Part shown: one piece after another, positions 39,360-53,544 of the stretch
How the letters are laid out: each line of letters opens with the position of its first letter
How positions within the stretch are numbered: the stretch's first letter is position 1
The notes under the pieces: generated by a model
The model's input: the letters and a program-made list of their open reading frames with translations, nothing else
What the model was told of the DNA's origin: nothing
Database searches by the model: none
Assembly: GCA_951406725.2 (NCBI GenBank)
Contig: OX597820.1
Location: forward strand, 72,044,001-72,108,000
Direction: 5' to 3'
Length of the DNA stretch: 64,000 nucleotides
From: Octopus vulgaris
Taxonomy: Eukaryota
Made by a program: the position numbers and the translations under genes

Positions 39360-40777
39360 TGTGTGCACATACATTTGTATGTGTAAGCATGATTGTGTGC
39401 ATGTGCATCCATGCATGTGTGTGTATGTGTAAGTGTGTGTTTGGATATGTGCATCTGTTTGTGTGTATGAGTATTTGCACAAAGGCTCTAACAAGTGCCA
39501 TTCTTAAGATATTGTTGGGTCCAAGCCCATCGTGGAAGACACTTATTCAAGGTGCTATACAATGACATTGCACTTTTTAGCCATGCTTCTATGACTGTAC
39601 CTTTAGCATTCACCTCAACAAATCAGTCTTCCTTTGCATTGGAGCCCTTTACAGAAGCATTGACATACAAGTATAGGATAGAGAAAGTCCATATGAAAAT
39701 ATGGATGATCTGACCATATCATGAGAGATTTAGCTATACTGTGTTGCAGCCTGGAAATTTGAATGAAGTGTAGAAATGCATGGTTATTCAGTGTGTCAGT
39801 TAGCATTGATAACATGTTACTCATGAGGCAAACAATGATGACGGTGATGGTGGTGGTGGTGGTGATGTTGTTGTTATTGTTGTATAGATGTCATCCTACA
39901 AAGGTTCCATGCAAAATCCTTTCTAGAATCTATTTTATTCTCCACACTGATAAGTTAGCAGTATTTCTGTTATGATTCTCATAAACATTAACGTTTGACA
40001 AATATAGCATTTGTTATCTGTATACGAAGGATACATGTTTATATAGCTGTATAATCTGGAAATAATGTTGAAAGAATCTTTCTTCCTTTTTGTTTTTTTT
40101 CGCCACACTTCATACATTACTTTGCTAGACTCGAGGAAATCAACCACAGTTTTGTAATTTTGCTGCTTACATACAATGTAAAAAGTGGCAGAATACACAT
40201 GCTTTTTTGTTTTCTTCTCAGATAAACACTTTTGACTATGAGCCAAAATATATGTAACTGTATGCAGAGATCATCCACTGAACATTTCTTTCAAGAACAT
40301 ACCAGTTTTCTTGTGGAGCTAAATTTGAATAGCTCCTCTCATCTAGTAAATTTTCTTGCTTTTGTACATACTTTTAAAAGTGTGGCAAAAAGAAAAGGAT
40401 TTTTTTCTTTTTGCTGAAATACATCTTCCATCTGCTTTTATGACAAGTGTTCCTGTCATCAATCAACTGATCCATCATCTCACTGAATTATTGTATAAAC
40501 GGCTGAGTATCCCTCAGAAAATTTTTTAATCATTTCTTTTTTTTAATCTTTTACTTGTTTCAGTCATAGGATTGTGGCTATGTTGGGGTACTGCCTAGAA
40601 GGGTTTAATTGAGTAAATCGACCCCAATATTTATTTATTCAAGTGCTTAATCTAAGTTAGAGGATGTAATCAAACCAACACTGGTTGTCAAGTAGTGGTG
40701 GCAAACACAACACAAACACAAACACAAATATACACAGATACATACACACACACACACACACACATTTGTATATTTAC

Positions 40778-40808
<31 letters not shown>

Positions 40809-42304
40809 TGCACACACTTACACATGCATACATGCACATGTGCACACACACACACACACAAATATGTGATGGGCCTCTTTCAATCTCCATCTACCAAATC
40901 TCCTTGCAAGACATTGGTCAGCCCATGGCTATTACTGGGTCTAAACCCAACCAAGCTTCTCAACTGCTCACCCGCACCTGTGTCTACTGTCAATAAGCAG
41001 TGAGCTGGAAGAAACATTAGCACGCCGGGTGAAATGCTTAGCAGTATTTAGTCTGTCTTTACATTCTGAGTTCAAATTCCGCAGAGGTTGACTTTGCCTT
41101 TCATCCTCTTGGGGTCAATAAATTAAGTACCAGTTGCATACTGGGGTCAATCCAATCGACTGGCCCCCTCTACAAAATTTCAGGCCTTGTGCCTAGAGTA
41201 GAAAAGACTATAGTCCCTTGGCAGAAGCAGCTTGACATAATTCCATCAAGTTTGATCCCTTGAAGTATTACTGGTACCATCCACACAATAGGCTTCCACA
41301 CAGTTTCTCTCTACACAAGTAGACTATGCTGGGAGACACCTAAGGTAGCCATAAAGTAGGAGTGAACCTGAGACCTTATGGTTGTAATGCAAGTTCCTTA
41401 ACCACTCGACCATGTCTACATGTATGTCCATGTATTGTTTATGATATCAGAGGCCATCAGAATCTGAACACATTGTTAATTAAATTGACGAAAATAATTC
41501 AATGTGTTGCATTTTAAAACAACTGATAGAAAATATTCAAAGAGGGTATTATTTTTGTTTTAATCAATATTCATTAGAGAAGAAAAAGGGACAGCCCCAA
41601 CAAAATGTAGTTGCCTTCAGCTATTTCTATAAAACTGAAGCAATAGCATGTTGAACACAAAAGATGTAGCAACTGCAGCTTCCTATTTTAGCTTGAGAGA
41701 TAACATTCTACTAGTTATAATGGTAGGAGATTGAGAGAGGAAGAAAGATGAGACTATAACAGGAGTGGCTGGTTATAGAAACAAGGAAATATGTGACAAT
41801 AACAGGAAAGAGAAAAGATATGAAATTTTGAACAAATTTGTAAGAGAAAATTCTAAATTCTTTGAAGTCTATAGGTTTCATTTCCCCATGAAAATCTGTA
41901 GTTGTGTATGTGAAGGTATTTGTGTGTCTGTTTGTATGTATGTGTATTGTGTTGATGTGTGTGTATGAGAAGGGGAGAGAGGAAAAGAGAGGAGTGATAA
42001 ACAGGCTGTTAGATATGCCAGAGACAGCATCAGTCAACAACCATATGAATGAGCCAACAAGAGAACCTCTATGCAGTCATTTGATCTGTTAGAAACAGTA
42101 GTCATTTTTTTTTTCAAATCACAGCCTATAGTTTAAATAAAAATACATTGGGCATGATGTAGTTCCTGGTATAATACCTACAGGTGAGATAACTGGCATG
42201 TCTTTGCTCATGGGCCAGCATTGTCCAATGTGTCCTCGTTCGAATATATAACTTGAGGGAGATCTTACTGTTTTTCGTGACAACATTAGAAAATTACTCT
42301 AAGG

Positions 42305-42581
42305 CAGTGGTTCCTAAAGTGGGTGGTATTGCCCCCTGGGTGGAGGAGGTCGACAGTTCCAATGGGGCGTTGAAGAAAAGTGGGGTAATAATGGGGTTGC
42401 GATTCATGTAAAAACAACAAAATAATGGGTTTATTATCTTAAGTTTTATTTGTTAAATACAGTTGCTTTGACTTTGCCTCAGAAAGAGGTCTATGTTTGT
42501 GATAGTTAGCCAGGGTGGGGCACTAGGAATGTAGCCTGGGTGTCAAGGGGGCAGCAGCCTGAAAAAGTTTGGGGACCACTG
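42305..42581. mobile_element. hAT (Charlie-like) MITE
   Basis: TIRs cagtggttcctaaa / tttggggaccactg; 8-bp TSD ctctaagg / ctctatgg. Confidence 0.85.
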
Positions 42582-43130
42582 CTCTATGGGATTATGTAGC
42601 ATGTACAAGGAATAGGGGGATTCAAATGTTTTAAGATAACCATCTTTTATCTTTTACTTGTTTCACTCATTGAACCGCAACCATACTGGAGCACTGCCTT
42701 GAAGGATTTAGTTAAATAAATTGACCCCAGTTCTTATGTTTTAAATCTGGTTTTTATTTTATTAAGCTCTTTAGCCAAACTGCTAAGTTATAGTTATGTA
42801 AACAAACCAACACCGGTTGTCAAGCAGTGGTGGGGACAAACCCAAACTTATACACATACAGTTTCCCTTTACCAAATTGGTCAGCCTATAGCTATAGTAG
42901 AAGATGTCCAATTTGCAGCTGCACAGTGAAACTGAACTCAAAACCACATGGCTGCAGAATGTGTTTTATAAACCACACAGCCATACCTGCATCTATACAC
43001 ATATATTTTTTCAATAGCTTTCACCTTTAAGTTTCTCAGTTCTGTCTTCTTTTATTTTGCAACCTCAGCAGCAGAAATTCAAATTCAAAGTCAAATAGCA
43101 GATTTTGAGCCATCACAAGATCACTATTAA

Positions 43131-43778
43131 CCCTTTTGCATTCACGTTATTCTGTCAAAAGTAATCCTTATTTATTCGCATTGTTTTCAATTAGCCTTGT
43201 ACTGTTTTGTAGCTATGAAATTTTGATGAAGTAACTGTTAATTTTTTGGTATGATAGGCGCAAGAGTCGCCATAGGTATAGGAGTGGCTGTGTGGTAAGT
43301 AGCTTGCTTACTGACCACATGGTTCTGAGTTCAGTCCCACTGTGTGGCACCTTGGCCAAGTGTCTTCTACTATAGTCCCGGGCCCACCATAGCCTTGTGA
43401 GTGGATTTGGTAGATGGAAACTGAAAGAAGCCTGTTGTATATGCATGTGTGTGTGTGTAGGGTGTGTAGTTGTGTGTATGTTTGGGTGTCTGTGTTTGGC
43501 CCCTCCACCATCACTTCACAACCAATGTTGGTGTGTTTGTATCCCCGTAACTTAGCAGTTCAGCAAAAGAGACCGATAGAATAAGTACTAGGATTACAAA
43601 GAATAAGTCCTGGGGTCGATTTGTTCAACTAAAGGCAGCTCCAGCATGGCTGCAGTCAAATGACTGAAACAAATAAAAGAATATTGTAGGGCAGGTGTGA
43701 GAAACCTGACATAGTCAGTTTAAACATAAAACAAGTAGAATTTTTTGGCTGGGTGTGGCCTTTTTAACTGGCAAAGGG
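43131..43778. mobile_element. piggyBac-like MITE carrying a nested family 1 SINE
   Basis: TTAA|cccttt...aaaggg|TTAA; SINE-free relatives at 54075-54273 and ~34935-35171 (reverse). Confidence 0.8.
43275..43683 (+). mobile_element. tRNA-derived SINE family 1, full length
   Basis: A-box-like tggctgtgtgg, B-box-like gagttcagtcc, central (TG)n, tail gactgaaacaaataaaagaata. Confidence 0.85.
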
Positions 43779-43912
43779 TTAATTGAACCACTGTTGATCT
43801 GTGTGTGTGGTATGATATGGCATCCTCTGTCTGGCACCTGTTGACTGGGGTTATACACTATGTAGCATTCTGGATTCTATTCTGTAAGTTTTGAGTGCAG
43901 GGTAGTTTCTTG

Positions 43913-44588
43913 AGTCAAACTCCACTGTTTGACCTGAGCAAAAAAAAAAAATAAGGAATAGCTGTAAAACAACATGTAGTAAACGAATATAAAAAAAAAG
44001 CACGCTGGCGAATGGGAAGCGGGGAAGAGGACTTGGAAAATTCACATCAGGAATGTTCCAAGTCTTCTCACCACTTCCCCATTTTTCAGCAAAATTTTTT
44101 TTGTTCATATTTGTTTACTACATATTCTTTTACACCTAGTACACTATTTTTTTTTTTCAATTTTTCTGATGGGAGGGGTGTAGACTCGGATAATTCACGC
44201 GATCCAGTAACCCCCCACTTCAACAAACAGTCACAAAATTTTTTTTTAAATAGTGCAACAGGTGTAAAACAGCATGTAATAAACAAATATGAATGTTCTG
44301 ACTACTCTCACCTCCTCCCACCGTTCACCAGCTCGCATTTTTTTAAATATTCGTTTACTACATGTTGTTTTACACCTATTGCACTATTGTTTTTTTTTCC
44401 ATTTTCGTAACCAGGTGTTAACGTTGAGTTTTCAGATCCTGTGAGATTGATCATGTGAATTTTCTGAGTCCTCTCCTCCACCCCCGTTCACTAATGCGCA
44501 TTTTTTTATATACATTTACTACATGTTGTTTTACACCTATTGCACTATTTTTTTTTTTTTTGCTCAGGTCAAACACTGGAGCTTCACC
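43913..44588. mobile_element. Foldback/Mutator-like non-autonomous element with long TIRs and internal inverted modules
   Basis: ~135-bp TIRs, perfect 8-bp TSD gtttcttg (43905-43912, 44589-44596), five copies of a ~42-bp motif tttactacatgttgttttacacctattgcactat in mixed orientation. Confidence 0.85.
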
Positions 44589-46516
44589 GTTTCTTGTTGG
44601 TCAGTTTGACAACTAGGTAAAAGATTTCTATTTCAGACATGCCTTTATAGGTGTTTGACACTTATAAAGGTGCCTGTTTTCTCTACATGTAGGGTAATTT
44701 CGTTTATCTTTTGTTTGTGTCAGTCATCAAACTGCGGCCATGCTGGAGCACCAACTTGAAGAATTTTTAGTTGAATGAATTGATCCCAGTAATTGCTTTT
44801 CAAGCCCAGTATTTATTCTATCAGTCTCTTTTGCTGAATTTGCTAAGTTATGTGGATGTAAACACACCAACACTGGTTGACAAGTGGTGGTGGGGTACAA
44901 ATACAGACACAAAGACACACACCCATGTATATATGATGGGCTTCTTTCATTTTCCATCTTCCAAATCCATTCACAAGGCTTTGTTAGGCCCAAAGCTATA
45001 GTAGAAGACATTTGTCCAAGGTGTCACACAATGGGACTGAACCCAGAACCATGCAGTTTGGAAGCAAGTGTCTTATTTCGTAATTATCTGTTTTTGTTAT
45101 TGTTTAGTCTCAGGCCAATACTGATAAAGTACACTTAGTATTGAAAGATTTCTATCAACTTTTTGGACCTACTTTATCCCGGACTACTTTTAGTAACAGT
45201 TCTTCTTTTTGAAAGTCAGCTGAGTAAGATTTGAGTGAAGTTCAACTACTATTTCTAGTAAGTCAAGTGACCACCTACAGGCCCATTCATAGAATTTTGT
45301 GAATTTGAAAGTATCTTAAATACTGCTTATTTTCATGTCTTTCACATAAATTCTTTTATAAAGAAGGTTACATTTTTTTCAACCAAACAGAGTAAGTATG
45401 GAAGTAGTTTAATATTATAGTGCAGAATATATTGGTATGGTTGATTCCTTCCTCCTTTAAACTCCAGATATATTGAGAAATGTTAACTTAGTTTCATTTA
45501 TCACTAGATATGAACTGGTAGATATACCAAGTATATCCGCACTTCAATGTGCTTCTGGTGAGACTGGTGTAGTTTTTCATGCTGTCATCTACCAAAGATA
45601 CCTTGCTTCAAACGCAAAAGTCTTTGTTAGGCATCTACCATTGAGAGAAAAGGCTGTATTATCACTGCAAGATTTGGGTATTCATGATTGCCTCTATTAA
45701 TTCCAGCAACAGAGGTAGCAATATATTTGCTGCAGCTGTAACTAGCTTTTACATTGTTTCTACTGAACAGCTTGTGATATTTGGTTGTTGGGGAACAGTA
45801 CATTGATGAATGTTGAGTTGCTCCAAGTTATGCTGGCATTATACTCTCACTGGAAGAGAAATTGTGGCATACTATTTTTATTTCCCTGTCTGGCTGGTCA
45901 GTGTGTTTTAAATTACATGTTTTATAATTTGTTTGAGCTCACTTTTATTCAATAAGTCTTTATAGTAATGCACACTATGATCGAAGGATCCCTTGTGAGA
46001 GGATATATTGGAGAAACTTTGCTAAAGTTATTGATTAGGTTTGTTAAGACTGTAGGGAGATTATATAAATTTCTATAGAGATAATGTAGTTCTTTATTAG
46101 GATTTCTATAAGAGTGGTATTTATCAGTAATTAAATATAATATCTAATAACTTTATAATCCTAATGATAGTTCAGACAATGATTTCTAAAGTTAACATCT
46201 TTAAAATTATTTAAGTTTTCCTAAATTTATCTAAATCAGATTCAGACTGATGTAGTGGGACATTCCCAGCCCATCATCTCTATACAATCATATGCATGAT
46301 AATATTAATTTACTTTAGAATATGGATGGATTGTAAAAAACACCCACTACACTCTCGGAGTGGTTGGCGTTAGGAAGGGCATCCAGCCGTAGAAACACTG
46401 CCAAATCTGACTGGGCCTGATGAAGCCTTCCGGCTTCACAGACCCCAGTTAAACCGTCCAACCCATGCTAGCATGGAAAACGGACGCTAAATGATGATGA
46501 TGATGATGATGATGAT

Positions 46517-47310
46517 GTGTGGTTGAATGGATTTGTCTGGAAGCTCTCATGGACACAAGACCACTACATCACATCACACTTTGAAGGAAGGCTATGCATT
46601 TGCAATCCAGGAACAGGAGATTGCCACAAAGTACCTGGTGAACAAGAGAAACAGTGATGCTCTTGAAATCCCAAGGTGCAACTGCATGTATATGCAATTT
46701 CATGTTTCTGTGGAAGATATTATGCATGGGATTAGCAGCTGTCCTAAAATATCATCATGGTACTACCTCCCTATGTGGCACAATGTTGTTGCTAAAACAA
46801 TTTACAATGCCATCCACAAAAAAGACTGTCCTGAAATAAACTTAAAAAATCCCTGTTATGGAATACATTCATAAACACCAACTCAAGGAATACTAGTGGA
46901 ATATTCCCATCAAAACTTCTGTCAAATGTAAACATAACAGGCCAGATATTGTTGTTTGGGACAAAGAGAAAGAGGACCAATGGACAAAAAGAGGACCAAT
47001 GGACAACTGCTTCGAAACCTCCAGCTTCTATATCCAGACTATGAATTCATATTCATACCAATAATAATTGGAACATTAGGTTTTGTTAGTAAATGCTTAA
47101 AGGAGAATCTGGATAAACAGATTTTCAGAAAGAGAAATCAGCCGGCTAATTTATACATTACAAGTGCAATCTGTGAATGGAACTGTAAAAATATGCAGAC
47201 TCTTCTCAAGTTCCAAATGTGAATTTGTCTGTGTTATCAACATCCCAAAGATGGAGCCTTGTATCTTTGTTGGAAACTGGCTCCCTCCTCAGTGGAAGAT
47301 TTATAATAAT
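46517..47310 (+). mobile_element. R4/Dong-like RLE non-LTR element 3' fragment
   Basis: EGYAFAIQEQEIATKYL, VEDIMHGISSCPKISSWYYLPMWHNVVAK, KHNRPDIVVWD, LRNLQLLYPDYEFIFIPIIIG. Confidence 0.85.
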
Positions 47311-47668
47311 TAAGAAATAGAAGAGTCATGGACACAGACACTCACATATACATGTATGTATGTCCATCCATTTTTACACCCATAAATATGTACGTATCAT
47401 CATCATCATCATTATCATCATTATTTAACATTTATTTACCATGATGGCATGGGTTGGACAGTTTGACAGAAGCTGGCAAGCCAGAGAGCTGCACCAGGCT
47501 CCAATTATTTGTTTTGGTTATAGAAAGCATGCCAAAGTAGACATGCATAGACATATACATACTTATACATGCATATATATATATATGCAGATAGATAGAT
47601 AGACAAACAGACAGATAGATAGATAGGTAGATAGATAGGCAGACAGACAGACAGATAAACAGATATAC

Positions 47669-47699
<31 letters not shown>

Positions 47700-47707
47700 T
47701 AGATATG

Positions 47708-47755
<48 letters not shown>

Positions 47756-47905
47756 CCTGCTCGCTTAGCCAGCAGGGTGGCGTTATTTGAAGGCTAAACG
47801 CATTGTGACCAGCGATGTGTAGCAACATCTGATAGCCTGGTCGGTCACGGTGATCATGGTGATGTATATATATATATAATATATATATATATACACACAC
47901 ACACA

Positions 47906-48122
47906 CAAGGGGTGCTGAAAAGTTCCTGGCTTTGGGTAAAAAAAATACACAGGAGGATCAGTTAATTACAATTTAATTTCACATATTTCCCTCTCAGATT
48001 TACACACTTATTGCAGCAGTCCTTCAGTTTTACTAAGCCTTGTAAAAGTACCCGGAAGGTTGGGCTTCCATCCAGGCCTTTTATGATAACTTTAAAGCCA
48101 TGGACTTTTCACCACTCCCTCC
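47906..48122 (-). mobile_element. mariner 3'-end fragment
   Basis: TIR-like caaggggtgctgaaaagttcctggc; minus-strand LVKLKDCCNKCVNLRGKYVK resembles the mariner C-terminus. Confidence 0.65.
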
Positions 48123-49400
48123 TCTGTGTGTGTGTGTGTGTGTGTGCATGCGCATGTGTGTATACATACATTCATATCTGTTTGTCTACATATCTCATTA
48201 TCTATCTATCCAACCATAGGAACCATGCCAAATCAGACTGGAGCCTGGTGCAGCTCCCCAGCTTGCCAGCTTTGGTTAAACCATCCAACCCATGCCAACA
48301 TAGACAATGGACATTAAATGATGATGATGATGACAACAATGACAACAACGATGATGTATACATATACATATATAGCTGAGAAAAAAATACCTCAGGAATG
48401 TTACTTTCGCCAATTGATTTTAAAAACAAGTTCTATTCCAATCTGTATTGTTTATGAAGTGTATGAAATTGCTATCAACTGATTCTATAGGAGCCATTCC
48501 TTTTGGTTGCTGTTTTTATATCTTAAATGTTCCTTGAGGACATCAAGTCCACTAATTGCTTGAACAATCCTAGTTGATCAAAGTTTTTACTTAACTCTAT
48601 ACATTGCATATTATGAGACTCTAGTGAGTTTATTTTCTTTTTCCTTCTGATCATACCAATGCGCCCATGTTTATAGATATCTTGACTATTATATTTTCCT
48701 GTTTCATTGTATTTAGTTTATTTTTCATTTGCTAACCCCCGTTACATAAATATTATTCAATGATGTATGTTCTCAAGGTATTTACACTAACACTTTTCTT
48801 TTTAATAAGCTGCTACTGATGTATTTGAATTATTTAACATTGTGCTTCCATGAGAGATAATATCTCCAAACGAATATTGCAGTTAATTTGGCTTTTCATG
48901 ATTTATTTGCATTAAGCATGATACACAGAGGGCTATTTCAATCTAATACTGCTTCTGTTGCACAAAATGAATTTATTTCATATTTTTGACTTCTGATGGC
49001 ATGGCGATTATTTTAAAATATTTCTCTTACAACAAACATAGTGAATAAAATATTTCTTGCTTCTGTTTCAGTCTACATATCTACATACACACAATCGCAT
49101 GTGTGTACATGTATATGTGTATATAATATATATATCATCATCATCATCATCATCGTCGTCGTCGTCATCATTTAATGTCTGTGTTCCATGGTGGCATGGG
49201 TGGGACGGTACCACAAAAGCCAGCCTGGCTGAAGCCGGCACCAGACTTCTGTGATTGTTTTGGCAGGATCTTTACAGCTTGATGCCCTTCCTAACATCAA
49301 TCACTCAACAGAATGCTTTTTAATCGGTAAAACTAAGCACGTGTCCGGTTTTATATAGAAAACTAGTGTTTAGTTTTGCAAATTATATTGAATGCAGAAT

Positions 49401-49476
49401 GATCATACTGATGAATCTATAGACGAAGAATTACGTAAGTAATTTATTCGGTAATAGAAGAAACCGGTATACGATT
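49401..49476 (+). ncRNA. Type I hammerhead ribozyme motif with extended stem II
   Basis: GATCATA [CTGATGA] A TCTAT...cgaa-gaattac gtaa gtaattt-a-ttcg...ATAGA A [GAAA] C-CG-G TA TACGATT; one A-C mismatch in stem I explicable by CpG decay. Confidence 0.75.
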
Positions 49477-49638
49477 AATTCTTGATTTTTATGTAATTTT
49501 CATGTCTTACCCGCCTATGTTCTAGTGTTCACTGAATTTTCTCTGGAGAACATTCTTTCTTTGTAGTTAGATCATATGTAATCTTCCTCTAGCATATGGC
49601 TATCCCCCTAATGGTTTTTTTTAGCCCTAAATATACAC

Positions 49639-49681
<43 letters not shown>

Positions 49682-49763
49682 TTACGAAAAAAAACAAAAG
49701 ACGAAGACAGGTGGTGTACAAAACGAACAGATGTATTAGTATAGCATTCAGGAATAGAAAAAG

Positions 49764-49801
49764 TTTTTTACGTTTCGAGCCTACGCTCTTCTACAGAAAG
49801 A
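49764..49801 (-). ncRNA. Minimal hammerhead-like motif with CUGUAGA core variant (family A copy 2)
   Basis: TCTTT [CTGTAGA] A GAGC gtag GCTC [GAAA] CG TA AAAAA. Confidence 0.55.
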
Positions 49802-50559
49802 TACACAGAAAAAACAAGGAGAGAAAAAAAATGTGTGTAATGGCTAACGATCTATCATGGCACACATACACACATATACATACACACACACACATGTATG
49901 TATATAGAATATAAACAAACCAGTTTTTCATTATCTGGCCTTATTTGCTTATATGATGTATATGTACATTGTAATATCAATATGCTACAGCATAGGTACA
50001 TCTACTTATAGCATATCAGATATGCCAATAGCATAATAGCTAAGCCTGTCAACAGTATAGCATAAATCTGCAGGATAGCTAAGCAACATTTATCAGACAT
50101 TAACACAGTTTTACAAATATGAATATTGATACTTTATGTTCCTATTATTGATACCCAAATTTTTGATTTTGTTAATGATTATTAAATAAACTATTACACT
50201 CATGAGATGAGTGTAATAATAGTTGTTTTAGCAGACTTTCTGAATAACTATAACAACCTCATAGAGAATTACAATGGCAAAGAATTCAGTAATTGTGTGA
50301 TTGTTTCGTTCTGTGAAAGAATGTTTTGTCCAAAACATTTAATTCCTATTTTTGCCCTTCGATCCATACCCTTTTCCAGTAAATTTTTATTGGTACTTCT
50401 CTCCTTGAGGTAGAGATAGCTATTTTGAAAGTTTACCAATTAGCTATTACATCCATTTCATGAATGTAATAGTATATTTACTAATGCTTTTGTAAATAGA
50501 AATTTACCTTCAATAGGAAGGTACCTGAATATTATTATCAGATGTTTGTATCTGCTTGG

Positions 50560-50710
50560 TGTGCAAACCCAAAATGGCCACCTTCAGAAAGTGTTTTGAA
50601 TCAGATGTTTGGTCCGTCACTAGTATCGTCTATCATTGTGCAACGTTCTATCTCTTTTTAAGGTGTCTCAATAGATTTTCTATAGAATTCAAATCCAGCA
50701 CTGTAAGTTA
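50560..50710 (-). mobile_element. Tc1-like transposase C-terminal remnant
   Basis: LDLNSIENLLRHLKKR resembles SPDLNPIENLW..LK. Confidence 0.45.
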
Positions 50711-51004
50711 TTTCAGAAACAAATACGTCTATGTAAACACTGCTACTGAAGATAGAAAATAGGTGTTGTGTGTATATGTATATTTCAAAGATTATTGTTC
50801 TCTCATCAGCACTTTATCCAACCTGTCAGCTATTCACAAACATATTGTTTAAACACCCACTAAATTTAGTGGTGTAACATAACTGGATTGATCAATTTTG
50901 TATATTCAAACTCATTTCTGGCAACTTGTATGTTTATTAGAACACAGAAGATCCATGTCGGCATATATAAACAACATCTGTATAATTCTTTTGGACATCT
51001 AGAG

Positions 51005-51476
51005 TCTAGAAATGTCTGGAGTGCTAAGAGTATCATACAAGCATGATCGTGGCCAGAGCAACAAACTGGCCTCCGTGCCGGTGGCACGTAAAAAGCACCA
51101 TTCAAGCATGATCATTACCTGTGTCAGCTTACTCACATTTGTGCTGGTGGCGCGTGAAAAAACATTCAAGTGAGGTCATTGCCAGTGCCGCTGGACTGGC
51201 CCTTGTGCAGGTGGCACGTAAAAAACACCACTTGAGCGTGGCTGTTGCCAGTACCACCTGACTGGCCCTTGTGCCAGTGGCACGTAAAAGCACCCACTAC
51301 ACTCTCAGAGTGGTTGGCGTTAGGAAGGGCATCCAGCTGTAGAAACTCTGCCAGATCAGATTGGAGTCTGGTGCAGCCATCTGGTTCGCCAGACCTCAGT
51401 CAAATCGTCCAACCCATGCTAGCATGGAAAGCGGACGTTAAACGATGATGATGATGATGATGAAGATGATGATGAT
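51005..51476 (+). mobile_element. Family 3 SINE-like element with four internal units
   Basis: gtgcc(g/a)gtggcacgtaaaa units plus the family tail and (GAT)n. Confidence 0.85.
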
Positions 51477-51886
51477 CTAGAAAATTGAGATGGTTGGCAC
51501 CACACTGAAGGAATGCAGAACATTAAGATAAGCTTTAACTAAGAAATATTGATGAACTTTTGAATCAGCACACTTCTGTGTTAACCAGCACTTGTTTGAT
51601 TAAAGACTTGGATATGGTTCGTTTCACACAGTGGATACAAACTGGTTTAAATGAGAAGCGGACTGAGTAGTCTCTCCTAGAATGGGCTGAGATGAAAGCT
51701 GTTCTGGAAAGGTTGGATGAAGATGGGATGATTGAGTGCAGCTGGCTGGGCAACATGCTTTGTCAACAGTATATTTTGGCATTGAAGACAAAGACACATG
51801 CATATGCAGAAAATTACAAATACCGATAGAGAGAAAGAGAGAGATGAAGAAGAGAGAGATGAAGAACACTAGATATATATATATAT

Positions 51887-52225
51887 ATAAATGAAAGAAT
51901 GGAGTCGAACGACAATTTTAAAAAATTCCTTTATTCTCGACATATGTTTCGAAGACTGCATATTCCTAATTCCAAAGGAATAAATGGAGGAATTAGGAAT
52001 ATGCAATCTTCAAAACATATGTTGAGAATAAAGGAATTTTGTTAAATCGTCGTTCGACTCCATTCTTTCATTTATTTATAGTAAAAAAAAAAACACACAA
52101 ATTTCCACACGAAAGCATGTGATCTCTGCCCTTGGCATGTAGCTTCAACCGTGTTTTCTGACATGAATTTGCTACCTGGGTATCGGTTAACCGAATTATC
52201 CATACTAGGATAATTCTTTCAACTA

Positions 52226-52228
<3 letters not shown>
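51887..52228. mobile_element. Fold-back Penelope-terminus-like unit: arms 51887-51973 / 51989-52075, 15-nt spacer, ~150-nt tail
   Basis: Inverted arms flanked by (TA)n; the left arm read on minus gives ttcGAAACatatGTCgagaa, the 3' half of a hammerhead. Confidence 0.7.
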
Positions 52229-52275
<47 letters not shown>

Positions 52276-52823
52276 CATAACTAGATTCTGACACACATTG
52301 AAAAAGATAAAGAATAGGGAGAGACCAAGAGGGGCATTAAAATGTCTACTGTCTAATAAGTCAGCATCAAAGCAGCAATACCAAATAGACGTCACAAAAT
52401 GTCTCCTAACCTGCCTACATCATTTCTGCCATAGGCAATAAAAAAGCAATTTCTCTCTCATTCCTCCATTTCCATTTGTTGTTTTCTACAAGACTTGCTG
52501 TAAATCCATCACTTTATAATGTTTCCTTGCACAACTCTACCTTCTTCTGTCTCACATCCTTTGCCATTATTGCAAATAATGAAATTACTGTGAGGGCAAA
52601 GATAATGGAAATGCAGTGAGCTGGCTGGATCATTAGCATACCAAAGAAAATGCTTGGTGGCATCTCTTCCAGCTTTGCATTCTAAGTTCAAATTACATTG
52701 AGGTTGATTTTGTCTTTCATTCTTTCTCGGCCAATGAAATAGGCTCCAGTTGAGCACTGGGGTCGATGTAATCAAGTGGTTCTCTCCACCAAAATGTCAT
52801 GCTTTGTTCTTATAGTTGAAAGG

Positions 52824-52892
<69 letters not shown>

Positions 52893-53544
52893 CTGTGTGT
52901 GTACATGCAAAAGCAGGGTATTGTAATCACTCATCGACTTTACCTTTCATCCTTTCGGGGTTGATAAATTAAGTACCAGTTGCATACTGGGGTCAATCTA
53001 ATTGACTGTTACCCACCCTACAAATTTTGGGCCTTGTGCCTAGAGTAGAAAAGATTATTTTTATTATTATTCTTTTAACTAAGGTTTTGTTGGAACTCCA
53101 GGAGTCTTGCTTGGTTCTGCTAGTTACTATTATTATTCTTATGATAGTTAACAGAATCATTAGAGTATCAGAAAAATGTCTTGTGGTATTGGTTCCAACC
53201 CTTTACATTCTGAGTTCAAATCCTGCTGAGATCAACTTTGTCTTTCATTCTTTTGGGATTGATAGAATAGAATACCACTCAAGTACTAGGGTTAGTTTAA
53301 TCAATTAAAACCTTCCCCTGAATTGTTGATCTTGTACCTAAATTAGAAATGATTCTTATTATGACAGTGAATTAGAGATCAGCAGAGCAATAAATGAATG
53401 AACTTGTGCTATATAGTTTTGTCGTCCCACTTGGTTCTGAGTTGGATGATCTTGGAGATAATCCTTCTACAGTTGATAGAGCTAAGTGCCAGCTAAGTAC
53501 TCTGATTAATACAATAAACTGCATTCGACACTCTCTTCATACCT

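Larger units (their letters stand above)
45290..49030 (-). mobile_element. Fragmented Penelope-like (Poseidon-type) element with nested SINE, R4-like and mariner insertions
   Basis: 45290-46320 gives KYHKLFSRNNVKASYSC and FSLNGRCL motifs; weaker RT-like remnants at 48380-49030. Confidence 0.6.

Noticed and set aside
39935-40417. Possible transposase or host exon (ORF 39935-40246)
   Set aside because: No recognisable motif or splice structure
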